Positions 8,111 through 17,686 of a stretch of 64,000 nucleotides of DNA are shown here, piece after piece. The notes beneath the pieces are model-generated. The model was not told the DNA's origin. It made no database searches and saw nothing but the letters and a program-made list of their open reading frames with translations. Position 1 is the first letter of the stretch. Each line of letters starts with the position of its first letter. A program made the position numbers and the translations under genes. The DNA is taken from positions 457-64,456 of the forward strand of contig DATDRZ010000132.1 of assembly GCA_035291465.1 (NCBI GenBank). The letters run 5' to 3'. Source of the DNA: Anaerolineales bacterium (GTDB lineage: Bacteria; Chloroflexota; Anaerolineae; Anaerolineales; UBA11579).

Positions 8111-8617
8111 TCACGGTGAATTGAATCTTTCAAAATGAAGGAGCGTGAAGGGGTAATCATTTTTAGGACCTGCGGGGAAATCTTGGCGGGATATTTCTTT
8201 CCATTGGCTGCGATCCAAGGCGGGGAAGAAAACGTCTGCATCGGAATCGGCGTGGACTTCGGTGTAGTAGAGACGCTGGGCTATTGGCAGGGCTTGGGCG
8301 AAAACCTGCGCACCACCGATGACGAACAGCTCGGTCTCGCCGGCGGAGCGGGCGAACTGGATACCGGCGTCTAGGGAGGTTACGACCAGGGCATCGGCCG
8401 GCTGGAAGCCTAGGTTATGGGACAGCACAATCAATTTGCGGCCCGGCATCTTTCCTTGAGAGCTCTGGTATGTCTTGCGGCCCATGAGCACGTGGTGGCC
8501 CATGGTGAGGCGGCGGAAATGTTTGAGATCGTCGGAGAGATGCCAGGGCAATCGATTCTCGCGGCCAATGCCGCCCTTCTGGTCGACGGCGGCGATGAGG
8601 GAGATCAGCATAAGCAA
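8111..8617 (-). CDS. folA: Dihydrofolate reductase
   Basis: LIAAVDQKGGIGRENRLPWHLSDDLKHFRRLTMGHHVLMGRKTYQS is the classic DHFR N-terminal motif. The gene is adjacent to thyA. Confidence 0.95.
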   Translation of the reverse strand: MLMLISLIAAVDQKGGIGRENRLPWHLSDDLKHFRRLTMGHHVLMGRKTYQSSQGKMPGRKLIVLSHNLGFQPADALVVTSLDAGIQFARSAGETELFVIGGAQVFAQALPIAQRLYYTEVHADSDADVFFPALDRSQWKEISRQDFPAGPKNDYPFTLLHFERFNSP

Positions 8618-8662
8618 GATGAGGGATTCATACGTAAGGCAATCATTGTTAGAAAACGGGGT

Positions 8663-8718
8663 GATTCGAGACTTGCTTCGTCGGGCGGATGGCTTCGCCT
8701 CGCCCTCGTCGCAATGAC
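8663..8718 (-). repeat. Single unit of the GTCATTGCGA...GAAGCAA..TC repeat family (inverted orientation)
   Basis: The reverse complement reads gtcattgcgacgagggcgaggcgaagccatccgcccgacgaagcaagtctcgaatc. It lies between thyA and folA. Confidence 0.5.
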
Positions 8719-8728
8719 GGTGAAGAAG

Positions 8729-9523
8729 TCAAACCGCTACCTGAGCCTTGATATGAGGGTGAGATTGGTAATTGAGCAGAGTGAAATCTTCGTAATCGAA
8801 ATCGAAGAGGGATTTCACTACGGAGTTCAATTGCATCGTTGGCAGCGGGAATGGCTGGCGGGTCAATTGCAATCTGGCTTGCTCGAAATGGTTGGAGTAA
8901 AGATGGGCATCGCCGAGGCTGATAATGAAAGTTCCAGGTTTAAGGTTGCAGGTTTGCGCCATCATCAGTGTGAGCAGTGAATACGAAGCAATGTTGAAGG
9001 GCAGACCCAAGAAAATGTCTGCGGACCGCTGGTAGAGCTGGCAAGAGAGGCGGCCATCGGCCACATAGAACTGGAAGAGCAAATGACACGGAGGCAACGC
9101 CATGCGCTGAAGGTCGGCCGGGTTCCAGGCGGAGACGATCAGGCGGCGTGAGTCGGGGTTTCGCCGGATCTCTTCGAGCACCCAGGAGATCTGGTCGATG
9201 GCTTTGCCATCGGCGGAAGGCCAGGAGCGCCACTGGGCGCCGTAAACGGGACCCAGCTCCCCGCGTTCGTCAGCCCATTCGTCCCAGATGCGCACGCCAT
9301 GCTCTTTGAGGTAGGCGATGTTGGTTTCGCCGCGCAAGAACCATAGAAGTTCGTAAATGATGGACTTGAGGTGAAGTTGCTTGGTGGTGAGGAGGGGGAA
9401 ACCCTCGGCGAGGTCGAAGCGCATCTGGTGGCCGAAGAACGAACGCGTGCCGGTGCCGGTGCGGTCGCCTTTCTCGACGCCGGTTTCGAGGACCGCGCGC
9501 ATGAGATCAAGGTAGAGTTTCAC
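8729..9523 (-). CDS. thyA: Thymidylate synthase (ThyA type), GTG start
   Basis: [38 protein letters not shown]...[11 protein letters not shown] is near-canonical ThyA. Confidence 0.97.
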   Translation of the reverse strand: MKLYLDLMRAVLETGVEKGDRTGTGTRSFFGHQMRFDLAEGFPLLTTKQLHLKSIIYELLWFLRGETNIAYLKEHGVRIWDEWADERGELGPVYGAQWRSWPSADGKAIDQISWVLEEIRRNPDSRRLIVSAWNPADLQRMALPPCHLLFQFYVADGRLSCQLYQRSADIFLGLPFNIASYSLLTLMMAQTCNLKPGTFIISLGDAHLYSNHFEQARLQLTRQPFPLPTMQLNSVVKSLFDFDYEDFTLLNYQSHPHIKAQVAV

Positions 9524-9642
9524 TTTAGATAAACAGTCTAACTTAAACGGGCGTTTATAGTAAGCGACGATTCAGTCTAAATAAGACTTGCAGAACACGC
9601 CTCCATGGAAGACCGCGCGTTAGGGTTCCCTCGCTGGTCTTA

Positions 9643-9684
9643 GGGTTTCCTTGGGTAAGGGCTTGCGGACCCGCTCGGGATGAC
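9643..9684 (-). repeat. Degenerate unit of the GTCATCCCGAGCG repeat family (inverted)
   Basis: It ends in cgctcgggatgac, the reverse complement of gtcatcccgagcg seen at 987. Confidence 0.4.
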
Positions 9685-9694
9685 AAAAAGGTAA

Positions 9695-9733
9695 AGAAAC
9701 ACAAAAGCGCAAATGATGCGCTTTTGTGTTTCT
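9695..9733 (-). terminator. Rho-independent terminator after ribF
   Basis: A 16-bp perfect stem, agaaacacaaaagcgc / gcgcttttgtgtttct, has loop aaatgat. On the minus strand it is followed by ttacctttttgtc. Confidence 0.8.
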
Positions 9734-9758
9734 CTAGCTGTATTTTTGAAAAGGCAAT

Positions 9759-10718
9759 CTAAGGAAGTGTTTCGTTCCACCATTCGTCGGCCAGCTCGGT
9801 AAGGACGATGCGGCCGGCTGCGATGTCGCGATGGATCTGCGCCACCAGTTCATCGACTTCGGCGAAGCGCTGTTCGCCGCGCAAGCGGGCGACGAAGTCC
9901 AGGCGCAGGATCTGGCCGTAGAAGTCGCCCCCATCGTAGTCCAGGAGATGAGATTCCACAACTGGGGCGAGTAACTTTTCTTCGAAGGTTGGTCGCACGC
10001 CGATATTAGTGACGGAGCCATAGCGTTTGTCGCCCAAGGTGGCCCAGGTCACATAGACACCAGAGGCTGGCACTACACGTTTCTCCCAGAGTGCCAAGTT
10101 GGCCGTGGGAATACCGATGGAACGGCCGCGCTTGGCGCCGCCAGAGACTTCGCCGGCCAGCGAATACGGGCGAGCAAGCAAGCGGGCAGCAGCCTGCACG
10201 TCCCCTTCGGCGAGCAGGCTGCGGATCCGAGAAGAGGATACCGGTTCGCCGTCCATCATAACGGCGTCAACGGCGTGTACTTTAAAACCCATCTCGGCGC
10301 CAAACTTTTGCAGAGTGGGGAAATCCCCTTCGCGATTGTGACCCAGGGCAAAATCGTGGCCGACCCAAAGGTCTTTCAGGTGCAGGCGATCTTTGAGCCG
10401 GGTGACGAAATCGCGAGCGGAAGTCTTGGAAAACTCAAGACTGAACGGTTGAGTGATAAGAACATCCACACCCAAGAGTTCCAGCTGCTGCGCTTTGGCT
10501 TCGGGAGACATGAGATAGAAGTTGTTGCGCGGCCCACGCAAGACTTCTGCCGGATGAGGATAAAAAGTAAGCACAACTGCCGGGGCGGCATTGGCATGCG
10601 CCCCGGCAGTGAGATCGTTCAGGATTTTTTGATGGCCCAGGTGGATTCCATCGAAGGCGCCGATGGTGAGCCAGGCATTTTTAGCCTGCGCGTCTTGCAG
10701 CGAAGCGAATTGCTGCAC
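9759..10718 (-). CDS. ribF: Bifunctional riboflavin kinase / FMN adenylyltransferase
   Basis: The N-terminal part reads IGAFDGIHLGHQKIL. The C-terminal riboflavin kinase part reads GRSIGIPTANL...YGSVTNIGVRPTF. Confidence 0.95.
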   Translation of the reverse strand: MQQFASLQDAQAKNAWLTIGAFDGIHLGHQKILNDLTAGAHANAAPAVVLTFYPHPAEVLRGPRNNFYLMSPEAKAQQLELLGVDVLITQPFSLEFSKTSARDFVTRLKDRLHLKDLWVGHDFALGHNREGDFPTLQKFGAEMGFKVHAVDAVMMDGEPVSSSRIRSLLAEGDVQAAARLLARPYSLAGEVSGGAKRGRSIGIPTANLALWEKRVVPASGVYVTWATLGDKRYGSVTNIGVRPTFEEKLLAPVVESHLLDYDGGDFYGQILRLDFVARLRGEQRFAEVDELVAQIHRDIAAGRIVLTELADEWWNETLP

Positions 10719-10731
10719 AGCCGCCTCAGGA

Positions 10732-11682
10732 CTAGGAAGAAAGGAATACTTTACGCGGCTGCCATTCGGCGCCGTTCACTTCCATGATGGCGACCAGGTC
10801 GCCCTGCTGGCTGACAGCGCGCGCCAGGCCGTGGTCGCCTTCCTTGGCGGGAATGCGATGGCCATTGCGCACCTTCTCCAGCATGGCTTCATCGAGTTCG
10901 ATGGCAGGCCAATCGGCCAAGGCTTCGGACGCCGGAATGAGGAATTGCGCCCAAGTGCCGTTTTCAAAGGCGTCGCGGAGGCGGCGCAGGGAAACCGCGT
11001 CGCGCAGGGTGAAACGCCCACTGCGTGTGCGGCGCAGGCCCACAAGATGCGCACCGACGCCGAGCTCTTCGCCGATGTCGTGGGCCAACGAGCGCACATA
11101 AGTGCCAGAGGAACAATGTACGTCAACCACAACTTCGGGGAGAGCCCACTCGAGGAGTTCGAGACTATGCACGTGGATGATACGCGGGGCGAGGTCAACT
11201 TCTTCGCCGCGACGCGCCATCTCGTAGGCTTTCTGGCCGCCGACTTTCACCGCAGAATACGGCGGCGGAGTTTGTTCGATCTCACCGACGAAGTGGGTAA
11301 GCAATTCGGTGAATTGCTCGCGGGTCACGTTGACCGGAACTTCAGGTTCGCTGGAAACGCCTTCGGCGTCATAGGTGTCGGTGGAGGAGCCCAACTTGAT
11401 GGTGGCTTGGTAGCGCTTATCCTCGGCGGAGACGAACTCGCTGAGGCGCACTGCGGGCCCAATGAGTACCACCAGCACGCCCGAGGCGCGCGGGTCGAGG
11501 GTACCAGTGTGACCTGCGCGGCGGATGCCGGTGCCGCGGCGGATGATCTGCACCACGTCGTGAGAGGTCAGACCCACAGGCTTGTCCACCACGAGCACGC
11601 CCGATACGAGGCTAGTAACTTGATCTTGTTCCATACGACCTCGGCTTCCCCCAAAATTATTGGATTGATAATCGTTATGCAT
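10732..11682 (-). CDS. truB: tRNA pseudouridine(55) synthase
   Basis: GVLVVDKPVGLTSHDVV...AGHTGTLDPRASGVLVV carries the catalytic Asp motif. The start may instead be the ATG at 11634. Confidence 0.92.
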   Translation of the reverse strand: MHNDYQSNNFGGSRGRMEQDQVTSLVSGVLVVDKPVGLTSHDVVQIIRRGTGIRRAGHTGTLDPRASGVLVVLIGPAVRLSEFVSAEDKRYQATIKLGSSTDTYDAEGVSSEPEVPVNVTREQFTELLTHFVGEIEQTPPPYSAVKVGGQKAYEMARRGEEVDLAPRIIHVHSLELLEWALPEVVVDVHCSSGTYVRSLAHDIGEELGVGAHLVGLRRTRSGRFTLRDAVSLRRLRDAFENGTWAQFLIPASEALADWPAIELDEAMLEKVRNGHRIPAKEGDHGLARAVSQQGDLVAIMEVNGAEWQPRKVFLSS

Positions 11683-11758
11683 TTAGAAATCTTCCTTTGA
11701 TTGAATTACCCAAACAGGACGATTTGAGTGTTTTACCATACTTAGATTAAGGACGGTG

Positions 11759-12721
11759 TTAAGCCGGCACTCCTTGCAAAGTTGCGCGAGTTGCCTGCAG
11801 GACACGTTGCTCCACCTCATCCAGGCTGCCGGCAAGCACGGCGCCTGCCGCAGCTACATGGCCACCGCCGCCGAATTGGGCAGCGATCTGCGAAACATCG
11901 ACGGCCCCCTGGCTGCGCCAACTGATCTTCACCTGATTGTCGTGCTGCTCGATGAAGAGCAGGACCACAGAGGCTCCTTCCACGATAGCTATGTTGTTTA
12001 TCAGCTCGGCATCATCGTTGCTGGGGTAATCGGCAGCCTTGCGGTCGGCAAGAGACAGTGACGTCCATACCAGATCTCCTTCACGCTGCAACTTGGAGAG
12101 GCCAGCGCCCCAATAACGCAGCGCCGTGAAAGAGCGCCGCAGCAGGGCGCGCTCGTAGAGCGCAGGCAAATCAGCGCCTTTTTCTACCATGTCAGCGGCG
12201 ATGCGCAAGGCTTTGGGATTCATGTTGGAGGTGCGGAACCCCAACGTATCGGTGAGGATGCCAGTCAGCAATGCATCCAGAATTGCGGGAGTAAATTGCA
12301 GCCCTAATTCCGGAAACAATTCGGCGAGGATGGCGCAAGTGGCCACAGCAGCCGGATCTACAAAGTTGAGAGCGGCGAAGCGCGTATTGGTGATGTGATG
12401 GTCAATATTGATATCGATACCATCGAAGCCCCGCAGGGCATCGCCGCTGCGGTCGTCTGCTGCCGCGTCCAGGGTGACGACCAGGTCGACGGGCGGTATC
12501 GCTCTGCTTGCGATCTGTTCAACATGCTGCAGGTGGTGATAATCGGACGGGACGCCGTCAGCAAGAACCATCTGGACCTGCTTGCCGAGTTCTTTGAGCG
12601 CCAGGCCGAGCGCAAGCACCGAACAAACCGCGTCGCCATCCGGCCGGACGTGTGAAGTAATTAATATACGCTCGCCACTATCGAGGCGGGCGCGGATTTG
12701 TTTCACAACTTTCCTATCCAC
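11759..12721 (-). CDS. nrnA: DHH/DHHA1 phosphoesterase (NrnA-like oligoribonuclease / pAp phosphatase)
   Basis: ILITSHVRPDGDAVCS, the DHH motif NIDHHITN and GGGHVAAAG are present. I chose the GTG start at 12721 because the longer track ORF overlaps rbfA out of frame. Confidence 0.85.
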   Translation of the reverse strand: MDRKVVKQIRARLDSGERILITSHVRPDGDAVCSVLALGLALKELGKQVQMVLADGVPSDYHHLQHVEQIASRAIPPVDLVVTLDAAADDRSGDALRGFDGIDINIDHHITNTRFAALNFVDPAAVATCAILAELFPELGLQFTPAILDALLTGILTDTLGFRTSNMNPKALRIAADMVEKGADLPALYERALLRRSFTALRYWGAGLSKLQREGDLVWTSLSLADRKAADYPSNDDAELINNIAIVEGASVVLLFIEQHDNQVKISWRSQGAVDVSQIAAQFGGGGHVAAAGAVLAGSLDEVEQRVLQATRATLQGVPA

Positions 12722-13085
12722 TGGACTTGCCTTTTTCTTGCTTGGCTTTGATATCGGCCAGCAGTTTTTCAATCTTTTCGGCGTGTTCGGGCGTTGGATC
12801 CCAAACGAAGCGCAACTTGGGAAACGTGCGCAATTCAGTGCGTTGAGCCAACTGGCTGCGCAGGAAACCCGCGGCGCCTTCAAACCCCTGCAAAATCTCG
12901 TCGCGACGCTGGAGGCCCTCGAGAGCAGAAACATACACCGTGGCAAAGGCCAGTTCGCGGTCAACGTTCACGCCAGTGACGAACACGCCCTGCAGACGCG
13001 GATCGGTCACCTCAAAGAGCAATATTTCCGAGAGCATTTCCTGGATGCCTTTAGCGATGCGTGAGGCGCGGTTTTGCGAAACCAT
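12714..13085 (-). CDS. rbfA: Ribosome-binding factor A
   Basis: RIAKGIQEMLSEILLFEVTDPRL...VNVDRELAFATVYV matches RbfA, and the gene sits in the canonical position after infB. Confidence 0.93.
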   Translation of the reverse strand: MVSQNRASRIAKGIQEMLSEILLFEVTDPRLQGVFVTGVNVDRELAFATVYVSALEGLQRRDEILQGFEGAAGFLRSQLAQRTELRTFPKLRFVWDPTPEHAEKIEKLLADIKAKQEKGKSSG

Positions 13086-13144
13086 GGTGACCCACTAACG
13101 TCGATAAAAACCTATCGCAATAGAACGATAATAACCCGGCGCCG

Positions 13145-14959
13145 TTACTGGGCGGACACCAGCTCTTTAATGTAGCACTGGATAATATCGCCCTCTTTGT
13201 AGTCATCGAACTCTTTGAGGTTGATGCCACAATCGAATCCTTCCTTTACTTCTTTCACGTCTTCTTTTTCATGCTTGAGCGAAGTCAATTCGCCATTGAA
13301 GACTTCCTTCCCGTCGCGCAAAATGCGCACGAAGGCGTTGCGGCGCATCTCGCCTTCCAGCACGCGGCAGCCAGCGATCTTGCCAAAGCGGCTGATCTTG
13401 AAGATCTGGCGAACCTCGGCCTTGCCGAGCACGCGCTCTTTCAGTTCGGGTTGCAACATGCCTTTGAGCGCCTTCTCAACATCTTCGGTCATGCGGTAGA
13501 TGATGTCGTACAGGCGAATGGACACGCCTTCCTTTTCGGCCATGCGCTGAGCCGCGCCATCGGCCGTGACGTTGAAGCCCATGACGATGGCTTTGGAGGC
13601 GGAGGCCAGGGTGATGTCGGATTCGGAAATGTTGCCAGTTCCCGTGTGCAGTACATTCACGCCAATTTCCCCGGCCTTGTCGCCGGCACTGAGGGTTTGC
13701 AGCGAGGAGACAATCGGCTCCAGGGAGCCTTGCACGTCGGCTTTCACAATGAGGCGCAATTCGCGTACATCGCCGGCTTGGAAAGCATCGAACATCGATT
13801 CGAGAGTTAGCGGCGTAGCGCCGTCGCCCTTTTCCTCCTTGTCTTTCTCGGCGCGCTCGGCCACCAAGACGCGAGCTTCGCGCTCGGATTCCACGACGCG
13901 GAATGGCTCTCCGGCAGCGGGCACATCGTTGAGACCGAGGACAGAAACGGGTGAGGACGGACCAGCTTCTTTGATTGGCTGCCCTGCGAAATCGAACATG
14001 GCGCGCAAGTGGCCGTGGGCCACGCCAACCACAACTGTGTCTCCAACCTTTAGTGTCCCGTTCTGCACAAGCAGAGTCGCTACTACACCGCGGGACGGGT
14101 CGCGTTCGGCTTCAATGACCGTGCCAAAGGTTTGACCTTTGGGGTTTGCGATGATCTCAGAATTATCGGCAACAAGCAATATCGCTTCCAGTAAATCTTC
14201 AAGGCCTTGCTTTTGCTTGGCCGAAACAGGAATGACCATCGTGTCGCCGTCCCAATCATCGGGAACAAGACCATTTTCAGCCAATTGCTTCTTCACGCGG
14301 TCCGGATTCGCGTTCGGCTTATCAATTTTGTTCAGCGCGACCACGATGGGAACGCGGGCGGCGCGAGCGTGCGCCAGCGCCTCTTTGGTCTGGGGCATGA
14401 CGCCGTCATCCGCGGCGACCACCAGAATAACGATATCTGCGCCTTGGGCACCCCGGGAGCGCATCGCTGTGAAGGCAGCGTGGCCAGGGGTGTCGAGGAA
14501 GCTGATGAGACGATCTTTGTGCAAAGCCTGGTAAGCGCCGATGTGCTGGGTGATGCCTCCAGCCTCTTCGCTGACAACGCTGCTTTGTCGTATGGCGTCC
14601 AGCAGAGTGGTCTTGCCATGGTCGACGTGGCCCAGGATGGTGACCACCGGCGGTCGGCGCACCAGAGATTTCTTATCTTCGTTGGCGATCCACTGGCGCC
14701 AGAGAGGAATCTCGCCGACCTCCTTGGCTTCCACCTCGGCGACCTTTCTCATGGTAGCTTCGAAGCCGAGTTCGGAGGCGACGATAGCTGCGGTGTCGAA
14801 GTCGATCTGCTGATTGATATTGGCCATCACCCCATTGGCCATCAGAGTTTTGATGATCTGGATGGGGCTAGACTTCAACGAATCCGCCAATTCGCGCACG
14901 GTTAAATTTGCGGGTAATTCAATAGATTTTATTTCGCTTTCTGCGACATTCTCAGTCAT
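13145..14959 (-). CDS. infB: Translation initiation factor IF-2 (short form, 604 aa)
   Basis: An IF2_N segment is followed by the G domain [25 protein letters not shown] and NKID. Confidence 0.97.
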   Translation of the reverse strand: MTENVAESEIKSIELPANLTVRELADSLKSSPIQIIKTLMANGVMANINQQIDFDTAAIVASELGFEATMRKVAEVEAKEVGEIPLWRQWIANEDKKSLVRRPPVVTILGHVDHGKTTLLDAIRQSSVVSEEAGGITQHIGAYQALHKDRLISFLDTPGHAAFTAMRSRGAQGADIVILVVAADDGVMPQTKEALAHARAARVPIVVALNKIDKPNANPDRVKKQLAENGLVPDDWDGDTMVIPVSAKQKQGLEDLLEAILLVADNSEIIANPKGQTFGTVIEAERDPSRGVVATLLVQNGTLKVGDTVVVGVAHGHLRAMFDFAGQPIKEAGPSSPVSVLGLNDVPAAGEPFRVVESEREARVLVAERAEKDKEEKGDGATPLTLESMFDAFQAGDVRELRLIVKADVQGSLEPIVSSLQTLSAGDKAGEIGVNVLHTGTGNISESDITLASASKAIVMGFNVTADGAAQRMAEKEGVSIRLYDIIYRMTEDVEKALKGMLQPELKERVLGKAEVRQIFKISRFGKIAGCRVLEGEMRRNAFVRILRDGKEVFNGELTSLKHEKEDVKEVKEGFDCGINLKEFDDYKEGDIIQCYIKELVSAQ

Positions 14960-15132
14960 AGGTATCCGTCCTTCTCCCCTGCCCCCAGACCTATCGGTCT
15001 CCCCAAGCGTCTATTTTACCAGCCGCTCGCAGTAGCCAGCGGCGTTCAAGGTTATTTATTAATCTGCATTCGTCACGCCGTCGCCTCGAGATTTTGCCGG
15101 CTCATGCCCTAGTTTTCGCAACTCAGGATTGA

Positions 15133-15441
15133 TTACAGATTCTCGTTTGGCAGCGCCTCAAAGAACTGAGTCAATCGCTGGCGGTCTTCCTCGGTAAGCT
15201 GAGAGCGCAGGGCATTAGGCAAAACGCCACTGATTCCACGTTCCCAGCATTCGCGTCGAGCGTGGAGATAGGCGCCACGCCCAGCCAGCTTGCCTGTTGG
15301 GTCAGGGAAGACGCCATCAGGCGTGCGAACCAGGCGAACCAGTGTCCCCTTAGCCTGGACTTCGCGGCAGGCTATGCAGGTGCGCTGGGGAATATGTTTG
15401 ACGCGGCGAGGCTGTTGTTTCTTGGGCATTTGCAGGACCAT
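15133..15441 (-). CDS. ylxR: YlxR/DUF448 family RNA-binding protein
   Basis: RTCIACREVQAKGTLVRLV...GRGAYLH matches the family, and the gene lies between nusA and infB. The start may be the ATG at 15429. Confidence 0.85.
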   Translation of the reverse strand: MVLQMPKKQQPRRVKHIPQRTCIACREVQAKGTLVRLVRTPDGVFPDPTGKLAGRGAYLHARRECWERGISGVLPNALRSQLTEEDRQRLTQFFEALPNENL

Positions 15442-15520
15442 TGTCCAGTTTCAACAACCTTGCGAAGGGTTGATCCTTGGAGAAGATTATTTCAGGTAAA
15501 CCATCGCAAGGCGATTTGAC

Positions 15521-17434
15521 CTATTCCTCTTCCCATTCCTCGCCGCGGCGTTTTATGACGGTTGTGTCAGTATCCGGATCGTATTCCAGTTCGCGAAATT
15601 TCTTCTTCTTTTTCTTCTTTTCAGGCTCGGCAACTTTGGCTTCAGCGGCCGCGGCAGGTCTAGACTGCTTCGACTTCTTCTTGCCCAGCAATTTTTCTGC
15701 CGAACGAGCGAAGATCTCATCCACGGATTGCTTAGGCGCTTCCGCTTGAGCGGTTGTCTTGCCTTGCATCGCTTCCAACAGCCTCACATCCTCTTCAGAA
15801 AGTTGTACCGGGCCTTCGACTTCCTTGACAGCGGGCGCTTCCTCAGCCGCCTGGACGGGTTCTGGTTCGGGTTCCTGCTGAGGCTCAGGTTTGGGTGCGG
15901 CGGCGACAACGGGTTCAGCCTTCGGCTTCACCGGTTCCGGGAACTTGAAAGAGTTCAGCGCTTCGTTGATGGTATCCAGCGCTTTCGGCCCAACGCCATT
16001 GATGGCGAGGATGCGATCCGGATCGACTTTGAGCTGCAACATCAGATCACCAATCGTAGAATAGCCCTCACCGGAAATCTTAATGCTGAGGCTGGGCGGC
16101 AGACCCAGGTCTTCCAAAGGTATCTCGAAGGCGGCCGGCGGAAGGGTGGCTTCCAAAGCGGCGCGTTCTTCGCGCTCCGCATCGAGCACTGCTTCGCGGC
16201 GGAACTGCTCACCGCGCTCGAGGCGATCGACGAACCGACTCAGCAACGTGTACTCCTCAGGAGTTACCGGCCGACCCTCAGCCTTCTTGGCAAGTACTGC
16301 TTCGATCTGAGGCAGAACTTCAACCAAGTCAGCGTTCTCCGAGGCAAAGTTTGGATCGCCTTGCGCTTTATGCAGGGAGTCCGCTGCTGCCTCGGTGAGG
16401 CTCTTGATATCAATACGCCAGGAGGTGAGCTTAGCGGCCAGCCGAGCGTTTTGGCCATCCCGGCCAATAGCGAGACTCAATTGATCTTCGGGAACGACCA
16501 CCGTAGCGGTTTTGTTCCCCTCGGAAACCTCGTCGAGATAAACGCCGGTAACGCGCGCAGGGCTCAACGCTTTGGCGATGAATTGTGCGGGGTCGGGGTT
16601 CCATTCAATGACATCGATTTTTTCTTCGTGGAGTTCGCGCACGATTGCCTGGATGCGCACACCACGGATACCCACACAAGCTCCCACAGGGTCGATGCCC
16701 GCCTGCAATGCAGACACAGCCACCTTGGAACGGTAGCCAGGCTCGCGGGCGATGGCACGGATTTCAACGAGGCCCTGATATATCTCGGGGACTTCGTCCT
16801 CAAGCAGGCGGCGGAGAAAGTCCTTATGCCCACGGGACAAGATGATCTCCGGGCCGCGGGTGGTGTCTTTAACTTCCAGCAAAAGGGCGCGGACACGATC
16901 GTGCACGCGGAAGCGTTCGCCAGGGATCTGCTGACTGCGCGGCATCTTGCCCTCAGCCTTGCGATCCAACCCCAGGGTGATCATGTGCGGGTTGGAAGCT
17001 TGCACCACGCCGTTGACAATCTCGCCAACCAGTTGAGAGAAGTGCGCTTTTTGTGCATCGCGCTCCGCTTCGCGGATGCGCTGCTGAATCATCTGACGGG
17101 CAGCCTGGGCAGCCACACGGCCGAAGTTCTCGGGCGTGGTTTCAACGACCACAATATCGCCCAACTGGGCATTCGCTTCAGCCCTGCGGGCTACATCCAA
17201 AGTGACCTCAGTGCGCTCGTCCTGCACATCTTCAACGACTTCTTTTTCCGCGTAGATCTGCACTTCGCCAGTGGTTTCATGAATCACGGCGTTGATAAGT
17301 TGCGCGGCGGAAGCATTGACCGTCTTGCGGTACGCCTGTACCAACGCGTCTTTAACAGCCTGCAAAATGACCTCGCGCGGCAACTGCTTGTCATCCAAGA
17401 CCTCGTTGAACGCCAGTGAGAATTCCTTTTTCAT
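15521..17434 (-). CDS. nusA: Transcription termination/antitermination factor NusA with a long C-terminal extension (637 aa)
   Basis: The NTD, S1 (GEIVNGVV) and two KH domains ([14 protein letters not shown]; [13 protein letters not shown]) are present. They are followed by about 290 extra residues. An AGGAG Shine-Dalgarno lies 8 nt upstream. Confidence 0.95.
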   Translation of the reverse strand: MKKEFSLAFNEVLDDKQLPREVILQAVKDALVQAYRKTVNASAAQLINAVIHETTGEVQIYAEKEVVEDVQDERTEVTLDVARRAEANAQLGDIVVVETTPENFGRVAAQAARQMIQQRIREAERDAQKAHFSQLVGEIVNGVVQASNPHMITLGLDRKAEGKMPRSQQIPGERFRVHDRVRALLLEVKDTTRGPEIILSRGHKDFLRRLLEDEVPEIYQGLVEIRAIAREPGYRSKVAVSALQAGIDPVGACVGIRGVRIQAIVRELHEEKIDVIEWNPDPAQFIAKALSPARVTGVYLDEVSEGNKTATVVVPEDQLSLAIGRDGQNARLAAKLTSWRIDIKSLTEAAADSLHKAQGDPNFASENADLVEVLPQIEAVLAKKAEGRPVTPEEYTLLSRFVDRLERGEQFRREAVLDAEREERAALEATLPPAAFEIPLEDLGLPPSLSIKISGEGYSTIGDLMLQLKVDPDRILAINGVGPKALDTINEALNSFKFPEPVKPKAEPVVAAAPKPEPQQEPEPEPVQAAEEAPAVKEVEGPVQLSEEDVRLLEAMQGKTTAQAEAPKQSVDEIFARSAEKLLGKKKSKQSRPAAAAEAKVAEPEKKKKKKKFRELEYDPDTDTTVIKRRGEEWEEE

Positions 17435-17475
17435 ACTTTTGCTCCTAAATCATCCGCTAGCCTTATATAAGCAGA

Positions 17476-17496
17476 AAAGTGGGGGTGGCCCACTTT
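17476..17496 (-). terminator. Terminator-like hairpin in the nusA leader (also about 160 nt downstream of the GNAT gene)
   Basis: On the minus strand, aaagtggg-ccacc-cccacttt is followed by tctgctt. It lies between the predicted promoter (17533-17561) and the nusA ATG. Confidence 0.45.
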
Positions 17497-17532
17497 CCTA
17501 AACCTTCCTATGGGGTGCTACGGAACGTAGAG

Positions 17533-17561
17533 ATTTTAGCATGGAAAAATATGAATGGCAA
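17533..17561 (-). promoter_or_regulatory. Sigma-70-type promoter candidate for the nusA operon
   Basis: On the minus strand, TTGCCA is followed by a 17-nt spacer and then TAAAAT, about 95 nt upstream of the nusA ATG. Confidence 0.5.
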
Positions 17562-17567
17562 GGGCAG

Positions 17568-17686
17568 GAGAGATTGGAGACTGGAGATTAGTAACAGGTA
17601 AATAGCAATTGGTACCTGGTGGCTGGATCGGTTATTGGCTTTAGTTATTCACTTGTCCCTCATCCCTCAGCATTCATCCTTATGTC
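17568..17686. repeat. Longest heptamer tandem tract in the window (about 17 units)
   Basis: The sequence reads gagagat tggagac tggagat tagtaac aggtaaa tagcaat tggtacc tggtggc tggatcg gttattg gctttag ttattca cttgtcc ctcatcc ctcagca ttcatcc ttatgtc. The last units overlap the 3' end of the GNAT ORF. Confidence 0.75.

Noticed and set aside
10663-11700. 345-aa ORF on the plus strand
   Set aside because: It is a shadow of truB. Other long antisense ORFs are rejected the same way: 13271..13810, 14207..14905, 30264..30977, 50919..51785, 61539..62234 and 63410..63961.
12722-12964. Upstream extension of the nrnA ORF (track start 12964)
   Set aside because: The extension overlaps rbfA in another frame and has no DHH-family similarity. 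The GTG at 12721 gives a normal NrnA N-terminus. Similar N-terminal over-extensions were trimmed for 45286..47523, 36174..36908, 17660..18262 and 1502..1975.
15598-15625. The A-rich (AAG/AAA)7 run in nusA as a programmed frameshift or slippage site
   Set aside because: The reading frame continues cleanly to a conserved-looking acidic C-terminus. No alternative-frame ORF of any length follows.
15728-17419. 563-aa ORF on the plus strand
   Set aside because: It is a shadow ORF opposite nusA, whose NTD, S1 and KH motifs are unambiguous.
17568-17686. Possibility that the short tandem repeats are a CRISPR array
   Set aside because: The period is 7 nt, with no spacers and no cas genes. This is a simple tandem repeat, not CRISPR. 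The same applies to the tracts at 8023-8101 and 55107-55148 (period 7) and at 32919-32958 (period 8).
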